Shown: piece by piece, positions 17,638-27,509 of the stretch
Numbering within the stretch: position 1 is the first letter of the stretch
Layout: each line of letters starts with the position of its first letter
Assembly: GCA_035607055.1 (NCBI GenBank)
Contig: DATNDC010000191.1
Span: forward strand, 15,946-79,945
DNA length: 64,000 bases
Origin: Polyangia bacterium
Lineage (GTDB): Bacteria > Myxococcota_A > Polyangia > Fen-1088
Direction of reading: 5' to 3'
Made by a program: the position numbers and the translations under genes
Notes under the pieces: model-generated
The model's input: only the letters and a program-made list of their open reading frames with translations
Databases searched by the model: none
Told to the model about the DNA's origin: nothing

Positions 17638-17919
17638 ATGAGCCAAACTCAGAAGAAGATCACCTCCGCGATTTCGGCCAAGTCCCTCGAGAGGTCGGCC
17701 AGGAAGACAGCTAAGCGCGCGGCGAAGAAGACCACCTCGGCCTTGGCTGTCATTTCGGATCGACTTCCCGCCGCGCCCCGCCTGGTGAAGCGCGCGCGCG
17801 CGACCGTGAAGAGCTTGTCGGGCCGAACGAATCGCCTCGTGAGGAGCAATCCCCTCCGCGTCCTCCTGGGCGCCGCCGCGCTCGGCTTCGTGTTCGCGAA
17901 GCTCAAGCACCTCGTCTGA
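17638..17919 (+). CDS. Small Lys/Arg-rich protein with a C-terminal TM anchor (DUF883/ElaB-like)
   Basis: 93 aa from the in-frame ATG at 17638. Basic helical body and a C-terminal LRVLLGAAALGFVFAKL. Confidence 0.45.
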   Translation: MSQTQKKITSAISAKSLERSARKTAKRAAKKTTSALAVISDRLPAAPRLVKRARATVKSLSGRTNRLVRSNPLRVLLGAAALGFVFAKLKHLV

Positions 17920-17939
17920 GCCCGACGCGAGATTCCGGC

Positions 17940-18530
17940 ATGGTCATCCTGCACGCACAGGTGACGAAGGCAGCGATGGGGATGGCGTTGGCCGTCGCCC
18001 TGGCGGGATGCGCGAGCGGCGGCACCGCCTCGAGCAGCCGGAATCCGGGGCTGGTCGCGCTGCCCGACGTCCCGGACGCGCTCATTCGAATGCAACATGG
18101 GAGCTGTCCCCCCGAGCGGTGCCCCGTCTACCAGGTCTCGATCTTCCTGGACGGAACGTTCGTCTACGACGGACTGACCGATGTCGCCCAGATCGGCAGG
18201 CGCCGCGGAAGGTTGTCTCCCGAGCGGCTCAACGATCTCCTCTCGAACATCGAGGCCATCGGTTTTCTCGATCGCCCCGAAGCATGTTGCGTCTGCGCGA
18301 CGACCGACGGATCTCATTTGACGGTCGTCGAGTACCACCCCGGGGTCGCGCAGAAGATCGTCGTCCACGACGAGCGATGCGGATCCGCCCCCCTCGCGAT
18401 CACCGCGCTCGAGGCCGCGATCGCGCGGGAGACCTCCGTCGAGCGCTGGGTGAGGCCAATGGCAACCACCGCCGAGTCCGAGCCGAGGAGACCCGATGAA
18501 CCACTCACCAGTCCAGCACTCGACCCGTAG
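17940..18530 (+). CDS. DUF6438-like lipoprotein
   Basis: Lipobox VALAGC. Motif CPPERCPVYQVSIFLDGTFVYDG typical of DUF6438. Confidence 0.55.
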   Translation: MVILHAQVTKAAMGMALAVALAGCASGGTASSSRNPGLVALPDVPDALIRMQHGSCPPERCPVYQVSIFLDGTFVYDGLTDVAQIGRRRGRLSPERLNDLLSNIEAIGFLDRPEACCVCATTDGSHLTVVEYHPGVAQKIVVHDERCGSAPLAITALEAAIARETSVERWVRPMATTAESEPRRPDEPLTSPALDP

Positions 18531-19329
18531 CAGGGACCTGCCGCACAACCGCCTGGCGATTTGCGGCGCCACCGACATCGGCGCTTCTCGGGCAACCAAT
18601 CAGGATACTTTCGTGATCGCTGATCTGCGCTCGGGCGACCTGAGCACTGCCTGCAGCCGCGCCGAGATTCCGCTCTCTTCGCAAGGGATCCTGTTGCTGG
18701 TCTGCGACGGAATGGGGGGCGCCGCCGCGGGGGAGCTGGCGGCGCGAATCACCGCGGAGGTGATCAAACACGACCTGGTCGAAGCCGGGCCGGCGGTGGC
18801 CGAGCATCCCGACCAGTTCCTCAAGAGTGCCGTCTGGGGCGCCAATGGAGCCGTGTTGGCCGAGGCCCAGGCGCGCCCCGAGGCGCGCGGCATGGGGACC
18901 ACCTGCACGGCCGCCGTCCTGCTGCCGGACCGGCTCTTCATCGCGCAGGTCGGCGACTCGCGGGCTTACCTGCTGCGCGACGGGTGTCTCGAGCTCCTGA
19001 CCCGCGATCAGACGATCGCTCACCAGCTGCTGGAAAGCGGCATCCTTCGGCCCGAGGACGTGGGAACCTTCATTCACCGGCACGTCCTCATGCAGGCGGT
19101 AGGCACCCGATCGACGATCGAGCCGATCATCTCGGAATCGCGCCTGCGTCCCGGCGATCGAATCCTTCTCTGCTCGGACGGCCTGCATGGCTCTGTCCTG
19201 GACCATCAGATTGCCGACATTCTGAAGGGCGCGGCAGATATCAACCACGCCGTCCCTGCGTTGATCGAGGCGGCGTTGGCGTCCGGTGGGGCCGACAACG
19301 TGACAGTTGTCGTGGCCGACTGCGAGTAG
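18496..19329 (+). CDS. PP2C-family Ser/Thr protein phosphatase
   Basis: Motifs ATDIGASRATNQD, LLVCDGMGGAAAGELAA, LLCSDGLHG and GGADNVTVVVAD. Confidence 0.85.
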   Translation: MNHSPVQHSTRSRDLPHNRLAICGATDIGASRATNQDTFVIADLRSGDLSTACSRAEIPLSSQGILLLVCDGMGGAAAGELAARITAEVIKHDLVEAGPAVAEHPDQFLKSAVWGANGAVLAEAQARPEARGMGTTCTAAVLLPDRLFIAQVGDSRAYLLRDGCLELLTRDQTIAHQLLESGILRPEDVGTFIHRHVLMQAVGTRSTIEPIISESRLRPGDRILLCSDGLHGSVLDHQIADILKGAADINHAVPALIEAALASGGADNVTVVVADCE

Positions 19330-19524
19330 CCTGCCGATCGGCGATGAGGGACGGGGGCGGCCTCGCTCGATGGGGCTCGTCCGACTTGGCGAGCGCGCGG
19401 TGGTCCTCGGGCGCTCGGACATCAAGGAATCCGGTTCCGGGCGCACGCAAGACTTTGGCCGGAAGCAGTAAGGGAGGCCTCCCATTTCCGAGTCGCCGAC
19501 ACTACATTCTGAACGCTGGATCCA

Positions 19525-20421
19525 ATGATCGGCGACGCTTTCGGCAACTACAGGGTCGTCGCCCAGCTTGGAAGCGGTTCGACGGGCGTCGTTTTCCTGG
19601 CGGAGCACAAGCGGATCGCGCGTCAGGTGGCGATCAAGGTCCTGGCGCCCGAATTGACGCGCGACCAGCAGGTGCTCCAGCGCTTCTTCACCGAGGCCCG
19701 CGCCACGTCGTTGATCCGCCATCCTGGAATCGTGGACGTCTTCGACTGCGACGTCGACGCGGCGGGCCGCCCGTACATCGTCATGGAGCACCTCGAGGGG
19801 GAGACGCTGGCCGAACGGATGCGGCGGGCCGGGAGGCTGCATTGGTCGGCGGCGAGCCTGATCGCCAGGCGCGTGGCCGACGCGCTCGGCGCCGTGCACG
19901 ACAAGGGGATCGTCCACCGCGATCTCAAGCCGGAGAATGTGTTCCTGGTCGGCAATGGCCGCGATCCGACGGCGGCCGTGAAGGTGCTCGATTTCGGGGT
20001 GGCCAAGCTGTTGGCTGCCGACGCAGTCGCTCGTCTGACGATGCGGGGAACGCTGCTGGGCACACCGGAGTACATGTCCCCCGAGCAGTGTGCGGGCGCA
20101 GAGGTCGATCACCGGGCCGACATCTACGCGCTGGGATGCATCCTGTTCCAGATGCTGACCGGGCAGCCGCCCTTCGTGACCTCGAGCCTGCGAGAGCTGG
20201 TGATCGCCCACCGCTTTCGGCCCGCCCCGTCGGCGCTCGCGATTTGCTCGGATCTCCCGGGGTGGTTGGACGATCTGCTGGCACGGATGCTGGCGAAGGA
20301 GCCCGAGCGCCGGCCGCCGTCCATGCGCGAGATCTCGAAGACCCTGTGCCAATACAAGACGCAGCGGTGGCCGCGGGTCGGGGCCAAGGTGCCCGCCGAC
20401 GAAGACGGGGAGCATCGATAG
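19525..20421 (+). CDS. Ser/Thr protein kinase, catalytic domain only
   Basis: Motifs GSGSTGVVFLA, VAIKVL, HRDLKPENVFL, DFGVAK and YMSPEQ. Confidence 0.9.
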   Translation: MIGDAFGNYRVVAQLGSGSTGVVFLAEHKRIARQVAIKVLAPELTRDQQVLQRFFTEARATSLIRHPGIVDVFDCDVDAAGRPYIVMEHLEGETLAERMRRAGRLHWSAASLIARRVADALGAVHDKGIVHRDLKPENVFLVGNGRDPTAAVKVLDFGVAKLLAADAVARLTMRGTLLGTPEYMSPEQCAGAEVDHRADIYALGCILFQMLTGQPPFVTSSLRELVIAHRFRPAPSALAICSDLPGWLDDLLARMLAKEPERRPPSMREISKTLCQYKTQRWPRVGAKVPADEDGEHR

Positions 20422-20453
20422 CACCTTGATCTTTACGGTCCCGGCACCACGGT

Positions 20454-20945
20454 TTGTACAACCTAGATAACAGAGCGCCGGCGGTAATTGTCGTGACCGA
20501 ACCCAGGAGTCCTCGGACAACGGTTGAGCTTCCCCCCCTCGGGACGGCGGGGACGGTCCTCCTCGTCGATGACGACTTCGCGATTCTGGACGGCGTCTCC
20601 GAGTTTCTCGAAGGCGAGGGTTTCTCCGTCGTGTCGGCCAGCAACGGCGTCGAGGCCCTGACTCATCTGCGCTCTGGTCTCCGGATCGATGCCATCGTGC
20701 TCGACGTGATGATGCCGACCTTGGATGGGTGGGACTTTCGCGCGGAGCAACTCGCGGACCCTGGCCTGCGCGACATCCCCGTCGTCGTCATCAGCGCGTG
20801 CGGGTTCGCCCGGGAGACGCTGCAGCACCAATTCAACGTGTGTCACGTCCTGCCGAAGCCCCTCGACCTCGGAGGCTTTCTCCGAGCCCTGCACATCGCC
20901 TGCGGGGGCAACGACACGGGCTCGTCGTCGTCGGGCAGGCAATAG
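20454..20945 (+). CDS. Stand-alone response-regulator receiver protein
   Basis: Motifs VLLVDDD, DAIVLDVMMPTLDGW, VVVISA and LPKPLD. The start is uncertain (TTG 20454 or GTG 20493). Confidence 0.8.
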   Translation: MYNLDNRAPAVIVVTEPRSPRTTVELPPLGTAGTVLLVDDDFAILDGVSEFLEGEGFSVVSASNGVEALTHLRSGLRIDAIVLDVMMPTLDGWDFRAEQLADPGLRDIPVVVISACGFARETLQHQFNVCHVLPKPLDLGGFLRALHIACGGNDTGSSSSGRQ

Positions 20946-20957
20946 AGATTCGGTGAC

Positions 20958-21614
20958 TCAGATGGGTGCCGGCCGCAACACGGGATCCTGACCCGGCGCC
21001 GCGACCACCACGAATCGTTGGTTCGAGCCGGCCGGGATGGTCATCCGGAACGTGCGGGTCTGCCCGACGACCAGCCCGAGCAGGCCCGGACGCGCCGCCG
21101 CTCGGGGCGTGAGCCAGAGCGGGTTCACGCCGGGGCGAACGACGGACCCGACACCGTCGACCCGAGCGAGCGCGCGAAGACCGAGCGGCCTCAGGCCAGG
21201 GCGGAAGTCGACTTCTTTCACCGACACGGTGCAGGAGTCACCGTCGACTTCGTACGTTTCCGGGTTTCCCAATCGTGAGCGTCCGGTCGTGTTGACCTCG
21301 ACCCGGCTGTGTCCCTGCGTCGTCGGCTGGCAGGCCAGCTCGCCGATCGCCGTGGGACCGTCCACGCGGTCATGGTCTCGCAAGAGGAGCGCCGACATGG
21401 CGGTCGCCGCGGAGGCCGTCAGCAGAAGGCCCCACGCCAGGGCGAGCGCGAAATACATCGCCCGGGGACGTGGAACGCGCGGAACATCGAAGGCGCGCCG
21501 AAGCGCGTGCCACCCGAGCACCCCCGACACGAACGTCAAGAGCGCCATCGCGATCAGCGCGGTCGCCAGCAAGGTCGCCGGCGTGTGAGACAACAGCATC
21601 ATCACGACCCCCAC
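20958..21614 (-). CDS. Hypothetical membrane protein
   Basis: Two N-terminal TM helices followed by a roughly 130-aa soluble domain. The opposite-strand ORFs are Arg-rich and low complexity. Confidence 0.5.
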   Translation of the reverse strand: MGVVMMLLSHTPATLLATALIAMALLTFVSGVLGWHALRRAFDVPRVPRPRAMYFALALAWGLLLTASAATAMSALLLRDHDRVDGPTAIGELACQPTTQGHSRVEVNTTGRSRLGNPETYEVDGDSCTVSVKEVDFRPGLRPLGLRALARVDGVGSVVRPGVNPLWLTPRAAARPGLLGLVVGQTRTFRMTIPAGSNQRFVVVAAPGQDPVLRPAPI

Positions 21615-21789
21615 CCGGTCTCAGGCCGAGCTCTCACTCAATCTGTATCCCGGATCATTGCGGTCAACGACCGACGGCGCGCGCCAACTTCGTGGAAACG
21701 GGCTCCGCGCTGCGCGGCCAGGATCTCCTTCTCGTAGCGCGCGAAGTACCCGCCGGCGACAGCTTGCCCCGGAGAACCAGTTGCCCCGG

Positions 21790-22611
21790 TCAACGAAAGA
21801 AACGATGGAACATGGCGACGATCGCGGCCACGGCCGACACGATGGCGAGCAGCCTCGGGAGCGAGAGGTGTGCGGTCGGAACAGGAGCGGTCGGAACGGA
21901 AGCGGGTATTTCGGGACCAGGCGGCGCGGCGGGCCGAGCTTGCGCCACCGCGGCCGGAGCCCCGGTGGGCGGCGGCGCGGGCGGCACGCGAATGGGACTT
22001 TCGGGCCGAGCCCGCGCAACCACGGACGGCGGCGGAAGAGCGGGGGCAGCGGGCCGCGCCGCAGGCGTGGGGACGGCCGAGCGCCCATCCGCGAAAGACC
22101 CGGCGGCGGGCGGGGGAGCGGTTTCGGGGAGATCCTCGATCGCCGGGTTTGAAGCGCCAGGGGCGCGTGGCGTCGAGCTCGGAACGGGAGCTTCTTCGAC
22201 CGATGGATCGACGACGGCGGGCGCCGCTACAGCGGGCGCCGGCCGGACCGGAGGCTCGAAAGACGGGACGAAAATCGAAGGATCGGTGGCGGGTTCATCC
22301 TCGATCGCCGAGCTCGGGGCGGCAGAAGAGTGGACGGGACCAACCGCGGGGGCCGCGGCGCTGGCGGGGACCGAGGGTGCCGCCGTCGCCGCGGGCGCGT
22401 TCACGCCGCCCGCCGCGCGATCCGCCAAGACCCTGGCGAACATTGGGACGAGCTCGGGGATCACGCGGCTCGCGAAGAGCCGGCGCCCTTCTTCGATTTG
22501 CGCCTCCCGAGATTCGCCCGGCTTGGGCCGCTCCCGGCTGTAGAGATCGATGTCCGACAGGATCACCCGCGCCAAACGTCGCGCCGCGTCTTCGGTATCG
22601 ATCGCTCCCAT
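21790..22611 (-). CDS. Pro/Ala-rich hypothetical protein with a C-terminal TM anchor
   Basis: Structured N-terminus (DAARRLARVILSDIDLYSRERPKPGE...), a long PA-rich spacer and a tail anchor LLAIVSAVAAIVAMF. I prefer the ATG at 22611 to the track TTG at 22644. Confidence 0.45.
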   Translation of the reverse strand: MGAIDTEDAARRLARVILSDIDLYSRERPKPGESREAQIEEGRRLFASRVIPELVPMFARVLADRAAGGVNAPAATAAPSVPASAAAPAVGPVHSSAAPSSAIEDEPATDPSIFVPSFEPPVRPAPAVAAPAVVDPSVEEAPVPSSTPRAPGASNPAIEDLPETAPPPAAGSFADGRSAVPTPAARPAAPALPPPSVVARARPESPIRVPPAPPPTGAPAAVAQARPAAPPGPEIPASVPTAPVPTAHLSLPRLLAIVSAVAAIVAMFHRFFR

Positions 22612-22720
22612 GTGTTCGAGGTCGAGTTGTCTTCGGCAGAACAAACGCTGCGCCTAAGTCATCGGCACACCGAAGAGACGGAAATGTGCGTGGACGTCGG
22701 AACGCGGCTGCCGGCGGGCG

Positions 22721-23506
22721 CTACAGCTCCTTCGCTTCGATGCGGCGGTTCTTCTGGCGGCCCTCGTCGGTGTCGTTGGGGGCGATGGGGCGCTCGTCGC
22801 CGAAGCCGACGGCGTCCAGCCGCTTCTTGTCGATGCCCTTCGACACGATGTAGTTGCGACACGCTTGCGCGCGCTTTTCCGACAGCGTCTTGTTGGCCTG
22901 GGCGTTCCCCACGTTGTCGGTGTGGCCCGAGATCTCGATGCGCGCGGTCTTCTTGTGGGCCATGAAGTCGACCACCGCGTCGAGGCGCGGGAACGACTCG
23001 GGGCGGATCGTCGCCCTGGCGGTGTCGAACTCGACCCCGGCCAGGACGAAAGGCTTCTCTGGGATCTCACGCTTGTAGCGCAGGGTCAGCTTGACCGATT
23101 GACTTGGTTCGTCCGCCACGGGAACGGTGGCCGCTATCTCGTGCCGGCCGAGGCTCAGGTAGGTGATGTCGTATTTCTTGCCCACCGGCACCAGCAGCTC
23201 CGTATAGCCATCGCTGTCCGTCGGCTCGGCGTAGTACTTCGTCTTGTCCGGCCCGGTCAGAAAGATGACCACCCCCTTGACCGGCCCCTTGTCCTTGTCG
23301 ACGACGAACAGCTTCATCGCCGCCTCGGTCCTGGTCGGCTTGATCTTCGATGCCGTGGCGCCGTGCGCCTCCTTGGCCGTGTGCGTGTCCTGAAGCCGGA
23401 ATTCGGGCTTTTCGTCGGAGGCCGCGGGGGCCGGCGGCGCCGCGTAGGCGGCGGTCGACGCGGCCAGGAGCATCGCCGCGATTGTGGTGTTCGGATGGTG
23501 ACGCAT
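22721..23506 (-). CDS. OmpA-family peptidoglycan-binding protein with an N-terminal carboxypeptidase-regulatory-like domain
   Basis: OmpA_C motif IEISGHTDNVGNAQANKTLSEKRA...RRIE. Signal MRHHPNTTIAAMLLAASTAAYA, with a GGAGG SD 7 nt upstream of the ATG at 23506. Confidence 0.85.
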   Translation of the reverse strand: MRHHPNTTIAAMLLAASTAAYAAPPAPAASDEKPEFRLQDTHTAKEAHGATASKIKPTRTEAAMKLFVVDKDKGPVKGVVIFLTGPDKTKYYAEPTDSDGYTELLVPVGKKYDITYLSLGRHEIAATVPVADEPSQSVKLTLRYKREIPEKPFVLAGVEFDTARATIRPESFPRLDAVVDFMAHKKTARIEISGHTDNVGNAQANKTLSEKRAQACRNYIVSKGIDKKRLDAVGFGDERPIAPNDTDEGRQKNRRIEAKEL

Positions 23507-23692
23507 GGGGGAGCCTCCGTCGTCAGAGCGCTGCGTCCTCGACGGTAACACGAAGGCGCGAGGTTACTGAGATCTGACCGTGGTTTTCCAACGACGGCGA
23601 CGGCCCCGCGCGTACGATGAATCGCAAATGTCGGGCCTTGCTCGAGGCCTGAAAGCGCGCCGCTCGCGCCGAGGCCCGGGCGGCGAAGCGGA

Positions 23693-24694
23693 TCAGCGCT
23701 CGCTGTCGAGGTGGGCCATCTGCTCGGCGCCGTAACGCGTGCCGGCCACGGCGTGCGGTGGAATCAGCGCCTCCAGCGCCGCCAGGTCGGCCGCGCCGAG
23801 CGGCTTGTCGAGGGCGGCGAGGGCGTCCGCGAGCTGCGTCCGCGTCTTGGCGCCGATGAGCGGGACGAACTCGGGCTGCCGGGCCAGCACCCAGGCGACC
23901 GCCACCTGACCGACGGTCATCTTGCGATCGGCGGCGAAGCCTTGCAGCGCCGCGACCACCTCGTCGTTGCGGCGCTGGTTGTCGCCGGAGAAGCGCGGCA
24001 GATGCGCGCGCATGTCGCGCCGGTCCCTCGGCTTGCTGCCGCCGAGGAGGCCGCGCGAGAAGACGCCGTACAACGTGGCGCCGATCCCCAGCTGGGCGAG
24101 CTGCGGGAAGATGCGCGCCTCGGGGCCGCGCGAGGCCAGCGAGTACTCGATCTGGAGGTCGACGAGGGGGTGAACCTTCGCGGCGCGCGCCACCGTATCG
24201 GCGCCCACCTCGGAGAGGCCGACGTACCGGACGTAACCGGCCTTGATCAGGTCGGCGACGGCGCCCACCGTCTCCTCGATCGGCACCTCGGGATCGAGGC
24301 GCGCCGGCCGGTAGATGTCGATGACCTCCGCCCCCAGCCGCCGCAGGCTGTAGGCGGCGAAGTTCTTCACCGCCGCCGGGCGTCCGTCGAATCCCAGGAA
24401 CGCCCCGTCGGGCCCCCGCAGGCCGCCGAACTTCACCGACAGCAGCACCCGCGCCCGCCGCCCGGCCAGCGCGCGTCCGACGAGCAGCTCGTTGTGCCCC
24501 ATCCCGTAGAAGTCACCGGTATCGATCAACGTGACGCCGGCGTCGACGGCGGCCTGAATGGTCGCCACGCTCTCCGCGTCGTCGGTCGCGCCGTAGACCC
24601 CCGACATCCCCATGCACCCGAGCCCCAGCGGAAAGACCTCGGGTCCGGTGGCGCCCAGCTTGGTCGGAGATCGCTCGTTCATGGCCGCAAGCAT
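23693..24694 (-). CDS. Aldo/keto reductase
   Basis: Motifs LGLGCMGMSG and LIDTGDFYG, plus AKR-like length and pattern throughout. An alternative ATG lies at 24682. Confidence 0.9.
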   Translation of the reverse strand: MLAAMNERSPTKLGATGPEVFPLGLGCMGMSGVYGATDDAESVATIQAAVDAGVTLIDTGDFYGMGHNELLVGRALAGRRARVLLSVKFGGLRGPDGAFLGFDGRPAAVKNFAAYSLRRLGAEVIDIYRPARLDPEVPIEETVGAVADLIKAGYVRYVGLSEVGADTVARAAKVHPLVDLQIEYSLASRGPEARIFPQLAQLGIGATLYGVFSRGLLGGSKPRDRRDMRAHLPRFSGDNQRRNDEVVAALQGFAADRKMTVGQVAVAWVLARQPEFVPLIGAKTRTQLADALAALDKPLGAADLAALEALIPPHAVAGTRYGAEQMAHLDSER

Positions 24695-24776
24695 ACGACG
24701 CGCCGGCGGCGACCGGCAGATCCAGCGCTCGAGGGGCCAGCCGCAGGACCTTCGGGGGAGCGCCGCAGCTCGCGGC

Positions 24777-26273
24777 TCAGGCGGCGGCCGTGACCGCGGC
24801 GCCCTCGGCGCCGTACCGCAGGACCAGCACGGTGACGTCGTCGTCCTGCGTGTCCATCCATTCGGTGACGCCGTCGATGATCTTCTGGCGGATGATTTCG
24901 CTCGGTTCGGAATGGTGCCGCTCGATCACGTCGACCAGGCGACGCCGCCCGAACATCTCACCCTTCGCGTTCCGGGCCTCGGTGATGCCGTCGGTGTAGA
25001 GGACCATGACGTCACCCCCACGCAGCCTGGCGGTCGTGTCGACGATGGTGCTGCCGAGGGCCTCATCGATCCCCAGCCAAGTTCCGGGGGTCTCGACCTG
25101 CTCGCACTTGCCGCTGTCCACGCGGCAGATGATGACGTCCTCGTGCGCGCCGGCGAACACCAGCCGACCGTCGGTGGTGTAACGCATGAGCGAGAAGGTC
25201 ACGTGCTCCTCGCAGCCCATGCGGCCCCGGACGTTCTCGATCAGGACGCGGTTGAGCGCGTTCCACAGCTCGGCCGGCGTCGCGTCCGGGCGCATCTTGG
25301 TGGCCGACGCCACCACGCTCTGGACCATCATCATGATGAGGCCTGCCTGCACGCCGTGACCGGCCACGTCGCCGATCGCGATCCAGGCCCCGTCCTCGAC
25401 CGGGATGACGTCGTAGTAGTCGCCGCCGACCTCGGTGGCGGGCATCATGCTTGCCGCGATCTCCAGCGACCGCACGCTGGTCCGCGTGGGCAGGATCGAG
25501 GTCTGGATCCGCTTGGCGATCTCCAGCTCGCGCGCGGTGCGCAGACCACGATGGGTCAGCGTCACCAGCGGGCCGAGGTAGGCGTTCACGAAGAACAGCG
25601 TGATGACGAGCGCGGCGAGGCAGCCGAACAGGGTCGCGCCCAGGATCTCGCGGCGTAGCCGCTGGCCGGCCCGCAGGCGCCCTTTCGACACGACGAGCGC
25701 GACCTTTCCGACGACGTTCCCTTCGATCTTCGCGGCGGCCCAGGCGCTCAGCGTCGTGTCGGTCACCCGCACCACCCCCGGCGGTCCCGCATAAAGCTCG
25801 CCCTCGTTGGCCAGCGGTCGCCCGTAGGACGCCAGGAGTGCGCCCGTCCGATCGAGGACCGCGACCTGGGCGACGTCCGCGTTGCCGCGGTATTCGCCGA
25901 ACGATCGCTCGACGGTCGGCCGATCCTGAATCGCGATCCCCAGCGCGGCGGCCTCGGCCAGCTCGGTCGCCCCGCGGCGGGCCTTCCACTCCAGGTCGTC
26001 GGCGATGGCCGGGTTGATCTGGTTGAAGATGCGCGTGGCCAGGACGCTCACCAACAGGGACAGTGCGATCAGGAGCGCGCTGATGAACAGCATCAGCATC
26101 ACCTTCAACCGCAGCGTCGACAGCTCGCGTCGATGCCCGTGTTCGTTGAGGGGCTCGTCGATCACCTGGTACTGCGACGGTCGCGCGCTGCCGCTCGCCG
26201 CGTGGCCGGCGGTCTCATGCGTTGCTCGCCGTGATCGCGATGCTCCACGCTCGTCGTTTGCGGTTCGCCCCAC
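24777..26273 (-). CDS. Membrane-associated SpoIIE/RsbU-type PP2C phosphatase with an N-terminal sensor/HAMP-like region
   Basis: Two TM segments. Motifs GGDYYDV, IGDVAGHGVQAGLIMMM and VLYTDGITEA. Confidence 0.85.
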   Translation of the reverse strand: MGRTANDERGASRSRRATHETAGHAASGSARPSQYQVIDEPLNEHGHRRELSTLRLKVMLMLFISALLIALSLLVSVLATRIFNQINPAIADDLEWKARRGATELAEAAALGIAIQDRPTVERSFGEYRGNADVAQVAVLDRTGALLASYGRPLANEGELYAGPPGVVRVTDTTLSAWAAAKIEGNVVGKVALVVSKGRLRAGQRLRREILGATLFGCLAALVITLFFVNAYLGPLVTLTHRGLRTARELEIAKRIQTSILPTRTSVRSLEIAASMMPATEVGGDYYDVIPVEDGAWIAIGDVAGHGVQAGLIMMMVQSVVASATKMRPDATPAELWNALNRVLIENVRGRMGCEEHVTFSLMRYTTDGRLVFAGAHEDVIICRVDSGKCEQVETPGTWLGIDEALGSTIVDTTARLRGGDVMVLYTDGITEARNAKGEMFGRRRLVDVIERHHSEPSEIIRQKIIDGVTEWMDTQDDDVTVLVLRYGAEGAAVTAAA

Positions 26274-26419
26274 GCGTCCTCTCCAACGGGCAGACGGGTC
26301 CGGCGGTCGGCCCCCCTCCCATGAAGCATTTCGTCACTTCCAGAGCCAACTTGAGCATCTGTCGACGCGCCGTGCCCGGACGCCCTCAGGAAAGCTGTCT
26401 GGCTTCCGATGTGCAGGCC

Positions 26420-27478
26420 ATGGACGCCTCCGCGTACGCCCGCCGCCTGGCACACGGCGCGGCCATCGCTGTGCTCTTCGCCTCGGGGCCGGCCGCGGCC
26501 AAGCACAAACAGCCGTCACCACCCGCGGGCGTGGCGGCGCCGGAGTTCGTGCCCATCCCGTTGCAGGTCGACCTGGACGCGCGCAAGGTCGCTCTCGGCA
26601 AGCGTCTGTTCTCGGACGGCCAGCTGTCGAAGGACGGAACGGTGTCGTGCGCGTCGTGCCACGATCTCAGTCACGGCGGCGTCGATGGCCGCAAGGTCTC
26701 CGTCGGCGTGGGCGGTGCGCTCGGCGCGATCAACGCCCCCACCGTCCTCAACAGCGGCTACAACTTCCGCCAGTTCTGGGACGGACGCGCCGACACGCTG
26801 GAAGCGCAGATCGACGGTCCCATCCAGAACCCGGCCGAGATGGCGTCCGACTGGGGCGGCGTCATCAAGAAGTTGCAGGCGAGCCCCGCCTACGCCAAAG
26901 CGTTTGCCATCTACCCGGACGGCGCCACGCCCGCCAACGTCAAGGACGCCATCGCCACCTTCGAACGCGCCCTGGTCACGCCGGACGCGCGGTTCGACCG
27001 GTTCCTGCGCGGGCAGGAAGACGCGCTGTCGTCGGACGAGCAGGCCGGGTACGATCTGTTCGTCAGCCTCGGCTGCGCCGAGTGCCACAACGGGATCAAT
27101 CTCGGCGGGACCAGCTTCCAGCGCTTCGGCCGCCTCGGGATGCCGCCGTTTCTCCAGCCGGGTCACACCGTCACCAAGGCCGACCTCGGCCGCTACGGCT
27201 TGACGAAGAACGAGAGCGACCTCTACCGGTTCAAGGTACCGACGCTGCGAAACGTGGCCCTGACGGCCCCCTATTTCCATGACGGCTCGGCGACCAACCT
27301 GCACGACGCGATCGTCACCATGGCGCGGGTTCAGCTGGGTACGACGCTGTCCAAGGACGACGTCGACCTGCTGTCACGATTCCTGGGCACGCTGACCGGC
27401 GAAGCGCCGCGCGCGGCGGCCGGGCCCGCCGCGCGCCCGGGCCGGCGGCACCAGGGACGGCCCGCGAGCCGCCGCTGA
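26420..27478 (+). CDS. Di-haem cytochrome c peroxidase (CCP/MauG family)
   Basis: Two CxxCH sites (CASCH, CAECH) and the conserved block FRVPTLRNVALTAPYFHDGS. ATG at 26420 gives a signal peptide. Confidence 0.9.
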   Translation: MDASAYARRLAHGAAIAVLFASGPAAAKHKQPSPPAGVAAPEFVPIPLQVDLDARKVALGKRLFSDGQLSKDGTVSCASCHDLSHGGVDGRKVSVGVGGALGAINAPTVLNSGYNFRQFWDGRADTLEAQIDGPIQNPAEMASDWGGVIKKLQASPAYAKAFAIYPDGATPANVKDAIATFERALVTPDARFDRFLRGQEDALSSDEQAGYDLFVSLGCAECHNGINLGGTSFQRFGRLGMPPFLQPGHTVTKADLGRYGLTKNESDLYRFKVPTLRNVALTAPYFHDGSATNLHDAIVTMARVQLGTTLSKDDVDLLSRFLGTLTGEAPRAAAGPAARPGRRHQGRPASRR

Positions 27479-27509
27479 CGTCCGCGCACCTCCGCCGGAG
27501 CGAGGGGCG

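Noticed and set aside
21020-21029. GGTTCGAGCC, a T-psi-C-loop-like string suggesting a tRNA
   Set aside because: The flanking bases do not form a T-stem (GTTGG versus CGGCC), and no acceptor or anticodon arms can be drawn. It lies inside a membrane-protein CDS.
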